DNA from: Chrysomallon squamiferum
Lineage: Eukaryota > Animalia > Mollusca
Length of the DNA stretch: 64,000 nt
NCBI GenBank assembly: GCA_012295275.1
Contig: CM022676.1
Coordinates: 13,950,001-14,014,000 of the forward strand
Reading direction: 5' to 3'
Shown here: positions 45,508-64,000 of the stretch, in pieces
Layout: every line of letters begins with the position of its first letter
Numbering within the stretch: position 1 is the first letter of the stretch
Notes under the pieces: generated by a model
Database searches by the model: none
The model's input: the letters and a program-made list of their open reading frames with translations, nothing else
Told to the model about the DNA's origin: nothing
Program-made: the position numbers and the translations under genes

Positions 45508-45969
45508 AAGAAGAAAGAAAAAATAAGAATAAGAATAATAATGACATTATATTTATAAAACAGTTAACAATTGTGTGTATCAGCACATTTCAGAAGCACG
45601 GATATGAGTCGAAGAGTTTGATGTCTAGACAGATTAGAAATGTGTCAGTCGTTGTAATATTACATTTCACTGTTGCTCTCAGAGAAAACGAAAACAACGT
45701 TATTAATAACCAGCCGACAACGCCTGTCGCTGTGTTAAGTATATTCGTGTTGCTAGGGTGACATTGAGAATAGGTCTTTGACGTCATCTAAACTAGACTG
45801 TAAACACATTCGTTCTGCTAACATGGTATGTAATTATTTTCTTTTTTTTTTTCAGTTACTTTTCCTTCTTCTTTATACATATTATTTATCTCTGTTTTTT
45901 ATCTAATCGTTTTATAATTTATTTTATCACTGTTATTTATTTTTTGTTGTTATTTGTTTTTTTTTTTTT

Positions 45970-46014
<45 letters not shown>

Positions 46015-46527
46015 TTTTTTGTTTTTCATTTCTTTATTTTGAAAAAATTAATTTTTTAATAATAATAATTAAACTATTAATTTCTTCTTTCATTCCATAA
46101 CAGTCTAAATTTCATCTTTCTTATCTTCTTCTTCTAATTTTTTTTATGTTTTATTTTATTCATTACTATTATTTTCGAAATACCTTTTTTTTACTTTTTT
46201 TTATTATAGCTTTATTATTATTATTTTATTATTATTATTATTTTTTTTATTTAGAAAATTCATTATCATCATCATTTTAAATATTTATGAATTTAAATTA
46301 TTTTTCATTTAGTTTTTTTTTGTATTGCTTTTGTTTTAATGTTTTTTTAAAATTTCAGTTTTACTCATGTAATAATTATTATGACACTAATCAAAATAAA
46401 AGTTCTCCGTTTCGTATTTATTTATTTCATTTTATTATGTGAGAACATAATCAATATCTCTTTTAATAATAATAATAAATTTCATAATAATAATAATAAT
46501 AATAATAATTTTTGTAATAACAAAAGA

Positions 46528-46569
<42 letters not shown>

Positions 46570-47811
46570 AATAAATAATAAATGAAAAATGTTTCCAATT
46601 TTTCTTATCAAACAAACAAAGAGGACAATAAAAAAAAAGAAGATGTCACAAGTAAATGAAAGGTTAAAAGAACTGTATTGCTAAAGTAATTATTAAAAAA
46701 AAACTAAATTGATTTTTTGTTGTTTGTTTTTTTTTTTATTTATTTGTTTTTTTATTTTTTTCATTTACGTTTTGTATGTCGGATATAAGTTCCTGTGTGA
46801 AAACTAAATGAAAAAAAAAAAAAAAAAAAAAACAACAAAAAAAAACAAACAACAAACACAAACAAACAGTTTTTTACATAGAAATGGTCGTTAGCAATTT
46901 TAATTTACCAGACATTGAACATACTTCCGATTTTTTTTTTTTATTAGCAAGAAATTTTTTCTCTTGTGTATGTGTTCTTGTTTTTTATTAACCTCTCTGT
47001 TTGTTTATTTTTGTTTAATTGTCTATTTGTTTGAATAACATAAGCATATTTATTTATTTATTTACAAAGGAGAATTTTAATTTATTTATTTATTTATTTA
47101 TTATTTTTTTATCATTACTATTATTGAAATCCTTTTTATTATTATTATTATTATTATAATTATTATTATTATTAGGTTGTTGTTGTTGTTGTTGTTATTA
47201 TTGATGATGTTGTTGTTGTGTTGTTGTTGTCGTCGTCGTCTATTGTTGTTGTTCTTCTTCTTCTTACGTCTGATGTGATTTGAACTACCATTTAGATATT
47301 TTCCCTTGCTACAAGACTTGTTTGTTAAACATCGTTATCCTATGTATGATTATCATACTTTATATATTATGTTGTATATCTCTTACCTAATTAAGCAATT
47401 CCTAGGATCAGACAGACAGACATACAGACAGACTGAGTGACGGAGAGATAGATAGATGATGGGTGCATGAAAAATGATGGATACATAAGTAGAGAGAGAG
47501 AGAGAAAGAAAGAATGATAGTGCATTATAAACCGCTATAATAAATAACAAAATGAGAATAAATTGAAACATATATCATTCAGAAATTTTATTTATTCGTA
47601 CATTAAAGAAAAGACAATATAATACCATCACTTTTTAAAAATTGAATATTAGTAATATGTTGTAAAAACACACACACACAGACACTCACACACACAAATT
47701 AATTTAAGAAAGGAAATATAACAAGTGACAATATGCTATTTACACGTTAATACTGAGCTTAATATTTCTTCTCAACACAGCAAACTGTTAATTTTAATAC
47801 AATAATATTGA

Positions 47812-47850
<39 letters not shown>

Positions 47851-47865
47851 TTTCTCTCTAATAAT

Positions 47866-47903
<38 letters not shown>

Positions 47904-48063
47904 TGAAGCAAATCATAGTTGTAACAAATGTTTGTCAAAGACCTGACTGTGAAATCACCCTGTCAGTTTTAGTTTTCAGTAAAGTCTTTATTCTGTGTTT
48001 TCATTTTTCTTCGTCTTTCAACATCGTGGTTGTTCCGTTGTTCTCTACGTTTTCAGTCATTTC

Positions 48064-53239
<5,176 letters not shown>

Positions 53240-53913
53240 TTTATCTCAAATAACAATCACAGTATTCTCAAAATTTCATTTTCTGTCAAATTGCAAACCA
53301 CATTTTGTCACTGATATTGCAGTGAATAGATAAAACACATGAAACAAAGTATTGTGTGTAGATTTAGGAAATGCATCCAGTTTGTCAGTAATACGTCTCT
53401 GATTTCCTGTTGTTTCACATAAAACAATGACACAAAGAGGAAGATAACTAGGAACAAACTAGGACCGGATCCAACAATTTGCTTGACAGGGATTTAGAGA
53501 GGGTTGCTGAAAAATATGAATTAAAAAATAAAAAATAAAAAAATAAATAAATAAAAATAAAGCAGTTGTTGTGATGTTTCTATTCCTCTCTTCTTGTTGG
53601 TGGTACTGTTGATGTCGTTGTCATTGTCGTTGTTGTTGTTATTCTTATTACAATTTTTTTTTTTTTTTTGCTGTTGTTATTATTATTATTATTATTATTA
53701 TAGGTATAGATTATCTACTTGAATATTCTTGCTAGTCTTACTGTTGTTATTATTGCTATTATTATTATTATTAGTAGTAGTAGTAGTAGTGTTATTATCA
53801 TCATCATACTTATTATTACTAATACAATTACTATCACTACTTCTACTACTATTACTACGACTATTACTACTACTACTACTACCGCTACTACTACTATTGT
53901 TGTTGTTGTTAAT

Positions 53914-53944
<31 letters not shown>

Positions 53945-53978
53945 TTATTATTATTATTATTAGTATTAGTATTAGTAT

Positions 53979-54016
<38 letters not shown>

Positions 54017-54275
54017 CAAGTAGTAGTAGTATTTGAGTGGCTGTAGATTATCTCCGTCCACATTTTCCTATCTGTGTTCTGATATGACATGTTTAGATTT
54101 ACCAACACACCAAATATGATACCTACCCTATAGTTTAGTCTAGATTCTCTCCTGGTGTATTGTGATTGTTCTGTTTACCATATTTAGAAGCAAAACTGAA
54201 CCATTTTTATAATTCTACTGAAAACAGTTCATCAGTCTGATCAGTTATAATGTTTCAAATGTTGTTCTTATGACA

Positions 54276-54335
<60 letters not shown>

Positions 54336-54839
54336 GTTATTATGATTATTATTGTTATTATTATTATTATTATTATTATTTTATTATTATTATTATTATT
54401 ATTATTTTTTGTTTTTTTTTTGTTTTGTTTATTGCATTTCCGCAGTATAACGTGTTTTCATGCTGTGTTTCGGGGAGTGTTCACGTTTCTGTAAATTATA
54501 CGTTGTCGTGCAGAATCTACAAACTTACCGTACTTATTCATAAACTGGTGACGTCTTTTCAACTTTGTTCTGTATATAAAACAGAGATAAAGTGATAATT
54601 TATTCACTACATTAACAGTCATCTTAGTGTAATTGTTAAAACAGGAAATCTTCCTTGTTACTGTTTGACCTTGATAAAGGAAGTTAGGATTTGTTGTCTC
54701 GGAGAAATTTTAAAACTTATGAGTCACTTTGAACAGACAACGCTCGATCTGTGGAAAATTATTTTAAAATAAATGAGAACTGGAAGAAAAAGATGAAACT
54801 GATAGACAAATGGTGAAAAGAAATTTAGAGAGAGAGAGG

Positions 54840-54966
<127 letters not shown>

Positions 54967-55326
54967 GGATTCGTGCCAGAGGCAAATTAAAAGAAACGGC
55001 TTTTAAAATGGATTATAATAATGTTTTGGAAAGCAATATGTTTATTCTATTTTATTTTATTTTATTGTATTTTGTTTGTCTTTCTTTCTTTTCTTACTTA
55101 TTCAGTGATATCATTAATTCTTTCATTTTCTTTTCACTCGTTTTGTATATCATCATGTACGGCGTTACCAGTTTTTCTATCTTTGCTGTTACACGAAACA
55201 TACGATTTAAAAAAAATATTCTGATTACTTTTAAGTGTTTGACACTGTTAAAAATAACTTATTGGCCGCTCTCTCAAGAAAACAAAGATGTTTTCAGCTG
55301 TTGTGTTTGTTTTGCACAGCTGTTGT

Positions 55327-55364
<38 letters not shown>

Positions 55365-55459
55365 TAGTTATCTATTTCTTTCTTTAATCATTCTTACAAA
55401 TGGGTTTATAATTAATATTGTTGTTTTTTATTATTACCATTATTATGATTATGATTATG

Positions 55460-55498
<39 letters not shown>

Positions 55499-55959
55499 TA
55501 CATTTTCTTAAATATGTGTCTCACTTTGAAACTATTTATCTGATGCCTGCGTTAATTGTTATGTTTTGTGATATGTCAGAGAACAAAACCACAACAAGTG
55601 TCTAGTTAAAATAATATTTAATTTGAATCAATTTATTGCTAAAGATACAAAATTAAATAAAACTAACAGAATTTGTTTTTAATGCATCGAGATATTTTTT
55701 AAGACATGCAGATGCGTGCAGAGTATTTACACATTATAAGTGTGAATCATCACATTTACATATTTTCATAACAAAGCTATTTCACTATTAATATAAACAT
55801 TCACTGATAAGTATGTAACACTGTGATTAAGTGAAAACGGTAACAATATACTTTACAATCAAAGAAAATCATTACAAATATACACCAAGTATTAACATTT
55901 TTTACAGATACAAAGATATAATTATTATTAACTAATCTGTTCTATCCATATAAAAACAC

Positions 55960-56033
<74 letters not shown>

Positions 56034-56198
56034 GAGAGAAAGAGAAAGACAGAGAGAGAGAGATATTTAAATTCGAGTGTCTGCGGAAACTATCACTTGT
56101 AAAACAAAGCAACAACTTGAACATTCAACACGTCAGTTTACAATGAATGAAGTCACGTTGTTAATCCTTCCTGCTTGTTTATTATTCTTATTATTCTT

Positions 56199-56229
<31 letters not shown>

Positions 56230-57284
56230 CTAATATTAATATTATTATTATTATTATTATTATTATTATCTTTATTATTTTTATTATTATTATTATTATC
56301 ATTATTATTGTTGTTGTTGCTGTTGTTTTTATTTTTATCATCATCATTATTTTTACTAGTACTACTACTACTACTAATATTAGCATTACTACAATTATTA
56401 TTAAGCATAAATTTGTTTTAAAATGTTGTTATCCCATATCAGACGATTCATCGTCAATCTGGAAGTAAGAAAATATAAATAAAATTGACATTTTTCATTT
56501 GCATAACAGTCACGCCTTGCTTAACATCCTGGATACGTTCTTAGAAACGTGACGTAAATAGTTCAACGTTGTCAGAACAAAACGTAATGAACTATATTTT
56601 TGTAATGTACAATATTTCTTAAGTAAGTGAATTATTTAAAAATACTGTACACTAAACAGCCAAATTATATAAAGTAATAACACAGCTATGTCTTATATCT
56701 ACCGCAATACGGTTTGATCGTTACTGTACTTTACTGATCTTGATTTAGTCACGTGATACACGTGTTAGTGCAGTCTCTGTAACGCAACTTGAGTCAGCTA
56801 CGTTCCGTTATACAAATATTTATTTATTTATTATTATTTGTATTATTATTATTATTAGTTTGACGGCCGTAGGTGTATATCCGATCAGACGCCCATTGTA
56901 CATACGTATAAGTAATTAGGAATATTATTAGTACAAGAGTTATGATTAATACTAGCAGATGAATATTAAAAAAAAGATAAAAGTAAAGAAGACAAATTAC
57001 AACGGAACCAAAACAAAACGAAGATAAATGAAGTAAAGGAAAAATAAAAAAAATAAATAAATTAGTGAAATAAGATGGCTAAAGAAGAATCTGGAAGAAA
57101 GAAAAACACAAAGAAAAGAAGTAAAATGTAACGTATGAACTTACTACTATGGAACTTTATTGACTTATGTGTACACAGTGTTGACATAGTCACTTTGTTC
57201 GTCTGTCTCTGTTTTAGTTGTTTCGTCCATTTCGGCTTTCCCACAATTCTCTGGTTCTCGTTTAACTTTGTTTACCTGTGTGTA

Positions 57285-57487
57285 CTAATCTGAAACGTCA
57301 TCCTTCATTACGTGGCTTCCTGTTTGACCGGATGTTGACACCGATTCGTTTCCATACAGAGCATTCGTTGATTCGGCTTCAGTTGCGTTTGTAGTGGTTG
57401 CCATGGAATCCTTGTCTACGACGACATCATACTGATATTCAGTTACAACGTTGTTCTCACCAGAATGTAAAACTGCTGCATGTTCCA
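57285..57487 (-). CDS. Terminal cytoplasmic-tail exon with Tyr motifs
   Basis: Acceptor ctctctctag| then phase-1 open frame EHAAVLHSGENNVVTEYQYDVVVDK...NALYGNESV...DDVSD*. Upstream exons are obscured by the gap. Confidence 0.6.
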
Positions 57488-57595
57488 CTAGAGAGAGAAA
57501 ACAAATAAAAACATGTAGCAACAACGTCAGCAACGACAACAACAAATAAAAACAAAAAAGAGTGGTAAATATATATATAAAAAACTGTCGTTTAT

Positions 57596-57795
57596 NNNNN
57601 NNNNNNNNNNNNNNNNNNNNNNNNNNNNNNNNNNNNNNNNNNNNNNNNNNNNNNNNNNNNNNNNNNNNNNNNNNNNNNNNNNNNNNNNNNNNNNNNNNNN
57701 NNNNNNNNNNNNNNNNNNNNNNNNNNNNNNNNNNNNNNNNNNNNNNNNNNNNNNNNNNNNNNNNNNNNNNNNNNNNNNNNNNNNNNNNNNNNNNN
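57596..57795. other. Assembly gap (200 N)
   Basis: Run of N; round length suggests a scaffolding placeholder. Confidence 0.99.
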
Positions 57796-58058
<263 letters not shown>

Positions 58059-58389
58059 AATCTCAATACCGGCCCTGTCACCGGCCCCCTTGTTCATTGT
58101 GAATCTGTCCCTCGTTCAAACTAAACTGAACGTGCACATTGAGCAAAAGAGAAAATATAATCTCTTACATCAAGATTTAAAACACGAGTCTAAGATCTCT
58201 AGTGGGGTATCATGTATTGTTCAAACTAACTCGAGCGTGCACAGCAAAGAAAAGGCGAAATATGATTTGTAACACCGCGATTTAAAGCACGAATCTACAG
58301 ACCTCCTGTGAGGTATCCAGTTTAGTACCTAGTAAAGTTTTTGAAATTATGTTTTGTTCTTTGTAAGTACTAATGAGAGAGGAGGTAAC

Positions 58390-61058
58390 AGATCATCATG
58401 TAAAGTAGTTTATTTCAAAGAATGTTGTTATATTAAAATATACTTGTACATACTCCAGTTTAATCGAAAAAACTGTAATAAAATATTTATATGATAAAAA
58501 TCAATTTCCTCTGTCATTATTTTATATAAATATTAAAACTTTTTTACATTGTTTCTGTTTGTCTGTCTGTACAGCTACCTCAACATCCATGTACTTATCT
58601 CAACGTCTGTCTGTATAATATAATTAATGTGTATAATAATGATAATGGTAATGATAATAATAATGATGAAGATAATAAATTAAATAATAATAATAAAAAG
58701 TAACATCAATAATAACAATAGTAGTAGTAGTAGTAGTAGTATTGTAATAATACTGTACTATACACGTTTTCATATATTACTGATTATAACGAGTATAATA
58801 TATTAGTAGGAAAACCAAGGAATTAATTGTGTATTCAACAACATAATTATATATAGCATCATGTTTTTGTTTTTATATCAAACATATGCTATGATGGAAT
58901 CAGATACTTTGTTTTTAAAGAGGCATGTAATAAAATATTTTTTAATCTTATTTTCCATTAACTGAACTGTACTGCAGAAAGGTGCCATGAAAGGAAACTC
59001 AAATAATTATTAAGTTTATATAACGTCTGAAACGAGATAATTTAAAAAAAAATGACAAGGCTTAGTTAATAATTAGAACATATGTATTGAAAGATAAGAA
59101 ATTTATAAAATATTTCACTCACATCTTTAAATTAATTTGGAACACTTTCTCCATATGCTTTCTGCAATGTCCATGACAATGATGATTTTAATTTGGCCTG
59201 GAATATATATATATATATGTTAATGAATAATGTAATGATAAGAAAAAAAAAAAAAAAAAAACATTAAAATAAATAAATAAATAAATAAATAGTATTATAA
59301 ACAAGTAAGTAAAACTAAATGTAAATGAAAATAAATAAATTAAAATCAACAATTAACAAATGAAAACGAAGGGAAACTGAGAAGAATTTATTATTTGAGT
59401 TTAAAAGAAATTAAATGTTTACAGTTATTACGGTAAAGCAATTCCACCTTGGATGCATCTTTTTTTTTTTTTTTTATTTTTTTTTTTTTTTTTATTATTA
59501 TTTTTTTTTATTCTGGCAGACTTGTTTGTAAGAACAAAACAAATTGAAAACTTTTAAAATTGCATCACAGACAGATACACACTGTACAGACACTGGTCTC
59601 ACTTTGTACATTCGTAGGTTTATATTTAAGGTTCAAGTTAAACAATTTGTAATATATACAGGTGTAATGAAGCAAATTTTGTCAACCAGGTACTTCATCT
59701 AAAATACTGGTGCAAGTAGTTTCAGTATTATGTTTTGTGTATGGAGACTGTGCAGTATGTGCATTACATATAATTTGACTGAATTCAATTTTTGGGTGGG
59801 TGTTTTTGTGCGTGTGTGTACGTGTGCGTGTTTGTTTTTGTGTGTGGGTCTGTGTACATGTATTTTGCGGATGTTTTTATTATTTGGTTTTTGTTTTCTT
59901 AAATTTTGTTAATAATACATCTTTTAATATTATTTTATTCAGTTCTTTGAATGTGTCTACACACGTTAGATATTTATGTAGCTAAATCATCTTCATGTAC
60001 CTTAAATAATACGAAGAAATTATCTAGTCTTGTCTACATACCTGAATATATGCTTAAAAAGTCATTTTACATTAAAAACATTTAAATATTGTTTAAAATA
60101 TCTTATAATAAATAACACATAAAAGAAAAAAATCATTAATGGTCAGACTTTCATCAATCTTTCAGTGACAGATTGAAAAAAAAAACAAGTATCATGATAT
60201 CACATTCTAGATATTACATTCTTTTAATTTTGCTTTTAACAATAACAGTTTGTTATAATATTGTAATACAGGTATTCAATATAAGTTTTCATGAATGCCC
60301 TGACACAAAATTGAAAGTATCATAATGTCACATTTTATAGTTTATATTATTTTAGCTCTGTGTTTAACAATAACACTCTGACAATTTAATATAAGTTCTG
60401 ATATAAAAATAATAAAAATCACATTGTCAAAGTGTATATTAATATTTTTAGTTTATATCATTTTTAATAGTACTGTATTTTAAAAGTAAACGGCTTTTTA
60501 ACATCAAACAGTTTTTCATGAACAAAATGAGACAAATAATAATAACAGCTAAGAAGAAAAAACGTAGTTAGAATTACAGTTTTTTAACACTTTAAGAGAA
60601 CTCATTAACAAAAAGGGAATCGATATATATATATATATTTTCGTGATACATGTGATTTTAATGTGAACTGATTTTGAAAGCGGAACTCCTTTCTATCTAT
60701 GTTCTGATTTTTAAATGCAGAACATTATTTTCTTTCTAATTATTTATTTTTCTGATTTTCAAAAGCAGAACATGATTTAATTAATGATTATTTATTCTTC
60801 TGATTTTGAAATGCTGAACATTATTTTATTTAAAATTATAATTTTTTTGATTTTTAAATGCTTAGCACAATTTTATTTATGATTATTTATTTTTTCTGGT
60901 TGTTAGTTAACACACACTGTTTACGTAAAAAGGAGAAAACCAATTAAAAACAGCTTAATGCAATTAACTGTCAGAAAACGTTATATTAAAAGTATTATTT
61001 AAAATAAAATTATAGTGGTTTACTTTTTTCCACTGTGGTAACTACATTATTTGTAACT

Positions 61059-61121
<63 letters not shown>

Positions 61122-63295
61122 GGCATAATGAATACAATTATATAATAGAGTCAGACAGAAACTAACTCATAATTTTAACTTTGAAAAAGCAATGCATTTA
61201 TTCAGTGGAATTAGTAGGTGATTTAAAAAGTAACTGACACAAATACACGCTTTTAACAGCTTAGAAGTTTCTAGGTGAGAATCCCAGCCAGTCATTTAAC
61301 CAAATAATTTAAACTGAGGACAACTGTAACGATTCTCATATATATGTTCCTGTAAAGTTAGTTCTAAAAATCAGTTTGATTCAAATATTGACAGAGAGTG
61401 TGAACAAATAACACACTAAAACAAGTTAAAAAGTACAGTTATCTTGTGCATTCAAGATACTGGAAAGAAAAGAGCTATTTGTCACTGTGAACAAGTAATT
61501 TTGAACTTAAAGTGATTTCTGAATTGTCCTGTACATCGTCTGACTCTGATATATTTGTTTTCAGTTTAGTGTCCTCACTGTCTGAGCTATCACTGGAACA
61601 GTCATCAGATATTTTTGTATGTTTCTGATCTCTGTTCATCGCAATCATCTACTGTTTTATTTGGTTCAAATTCTGCAGATACTGAATTTTATTTCATCTT
61701 GTTTACCTCTGTATACAAGTTCGATGTTTCATCTAAATACCTGTTTGTTTTGTTTTTTCCTTTTTCAGACTTTGCAGAACTCTGTTTAGTTACAGCTGTA
61801 TGCTCATCCGATGAACTGTGATTAACTTCTTTATTTTCAGCGTGAACATTTTCACTATATTTATTATTCTTTTGAACAGATAAGAACAAATATGTGAAAT
61901 CGACGATGTTGTCAACGTCTGTTTGTGTGTTCAAATGTCATACGCCAGTGTCATAATCATGTTTTTCGACTTCGTTTTCTTTCTCTTCATTTATTTCAGC
62001 TTTGTCCCTGTATTCCTCATCACTTTGTGTTTGAAATATTTGTTCATTTACATCTACGTTACAGACATCTCACAAACCTGACTTTTTTCTCTTTTCTTTT
62101 CCTGTATACTGCATTCTTCAATGTCATCTTCTTTTACGTTTCTTTTCTCACCGAAGTTTGAAATCTCAGTTTCTTGTTGGTGTCTAAAATGTCATTTTGT
62201 TCGTTATTTTCAGGCTAATCCTCTATAAACTTAAAGTCTGTAAAACAATTGAAATCGTCATCTGACATTGACTTTATTTCTGTCACGACACAGTTGTCTC
62301 CCGTTTCATTTTCTTCAATCATTCTGTTACTTGTGTTGTCTCCCCTTTTAGTAGCTTCAAAATCTACAGAACTGTGAGAAACAGGATTACAGATTTCCAA
62401 AATGCCTGGATTGTAATAGAAAACTGATTCTTGTTCATACGTCACGGACATGTCTTCACCTTGTAAACTGTCAGTATACAGTTGACTTTCTTCCATAGCT
62501 GAAATATTAATAAACAAATAATAAATAAAAACAATCAAACAAACAATGAAAGCAAGAAGCAAATAATTAACTAATTAACTAAGTCACTAAGAAAGTAAAT
62601 ATGTAAATAAATAAATACATGAATTAATAATCCTATTTCATTACATAATATACTTTCTTATTTCATTAATTGATAATCTATCCTTTTCATTATTTAATAA
62701 ACTTTACTGCTTCATTATTTAAAATATTTTATTATGTTAATATATAATATACTATTCTATTTAATTACAAAAAACACTATCCTATTTCATTGCATAACAT
62801 ACTATAATGTTTCTTTACATACTTTACTTTTTTGTTTTATTACATAATATATTATCCTATTTCAATAAAAAATCTACTATTCTATATTACTAAATAATAT
62901 ACTTTCTTGTCTCATTATGTAATTTAGTACCATTATATTTCATTACATAATGTGTTATACTCTACTGTATAAGTCTATTCGAATATTTAATATGCTGTTT
63001 CAACACTTGATATACTACTGTATCGTTTAACGTGATTTCTCACACTGTTTACAAGGTTTACCTTTGTTTTTGCGATGTATTTTCCAGGTGCTCACAAAGC
63101 AAACAATGAATATGACTATAATTATCACCATGACACCGACTGCAGTGTCCACTAGAGACATCACACTGGACGTCAGACTCAGAGTTGTTTCTGTAAACAT
63201 AACAGTTAGACTCGTTCTAGCACGTTCATTTACATCAGTAACTCAGATCTGTGTGTGTGTGTATACATACATACATACATATATATATACATATA

Positions 63296-63360
<65 letters not shown>

Positions 63361-63680
63361 ATAATGTGTATATTTATATTGTTTATTTCAAAATGTGATA
63401 TTTTCGTTGGAAAGCCATTTCGTAGACTATTTTTCTGCTACAATATATATCACTGTAGTTGTGAACACAAGTACACTTGTATAAAGTGGAAAGGACTGCT
63501 ACTTGAAGTGTCAGGAAGTCAGCCGTCAGTAACTCTGAAGTGTTCTATTACAGCTTAACTACTTCCGTAGATGAATGAATGCGTCTTGTGATACAGATAA
63601 TATAGTGATGTAGATACGCACTTATATATTACAAACACGCAACACACATAGATTCATGCATGCATATATACATACATATA
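58390..63680. repeat. Segmental duplication copy 2
   Basis: Colinear with 34320-40310, with many substitutions and indels. Confidence 0.93.
62215..63190 (-). CDS. Receptor A' (paralog or allele of A): TM exon and tail exon; ectodomain expected beyond the window
   Basis: TM exon 63190-63062 (...TAVGVMVIIIVIFIVCFVSTWKIHRKNK) and tail exon 62498-62215. Both are open; the tail has 7 aa differences from A. Confidence 0.78.
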
Positions 63681-64000
63681 AATACACATACACAGATACA
63701 TACATGGATTCATAGATACACACATCCATACTATATAAGTATGATTGTATAAATATGCACACATGTACACACACATTCGTAATATTCAAGTAGAAAAAAA
63801 AAGAAAGATACATAGAGAGTGATACATAGTACATAGAAATTTACACAAGAGAGACACATAGAGAGAGAGAGAGAGAGAGAGTGTACATTGTTTAAATATG
63901 CACACATGTACACACACATTCGTAATATTCAAGTTTTCTTTACCAAATGTAGTTGATACAAATGTACAAACAATTAAATAAAAGAAAATTAAATAGAATA

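Noticed and set aside
45573-45800. Complex-sequence island with short ORFs on both strands
   Set aside because: No consistent splice sites, phase or recognisable domain.

Overview
AT-rich, microsatellite-dense, intron-containing animal DNA. It looks lophotrochozoan/molluscan, but that is inferred from gene and repeat style and is not proven. Most listed ORFs are microsatellite artefacts. Hand-splicing of GT-AG exons shows a birth-and-death cluster of immunoglobulin-superfamily (IgSF) surface receptors: (1) an intact 155-aa single-Ig, probably GPI-anchored gene (6124-7898, -); (2) a plus-strand pseudogene with 4 Ig domains, TM and a Tyr-motif tail (23135-27207); (3) receptor A with 4 Ig domains, TM and a truncated tail (38147-44326, -), plus a partial duplicate A' (62215-63190); (4) receptor B with signal peptide, one Cys-rich domain, TM and a mini-exon-encoded Tyr-motif tail (48064-53239, -), plus partial copies near 32-33 kb and 57.8 kb; (5) several orphan Ig and tail exons. 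Interspersed are a frameshifted ZNFX1 fragment, an NHL-propeller fragment, a dead Tc1 transposon, a Tigger-like end, a foldback element with tRNA-like arms, several satellites/minisatellites (some centred on 3' splice sites) and a 200-N gap. All gene models are manual and have no transcript support.
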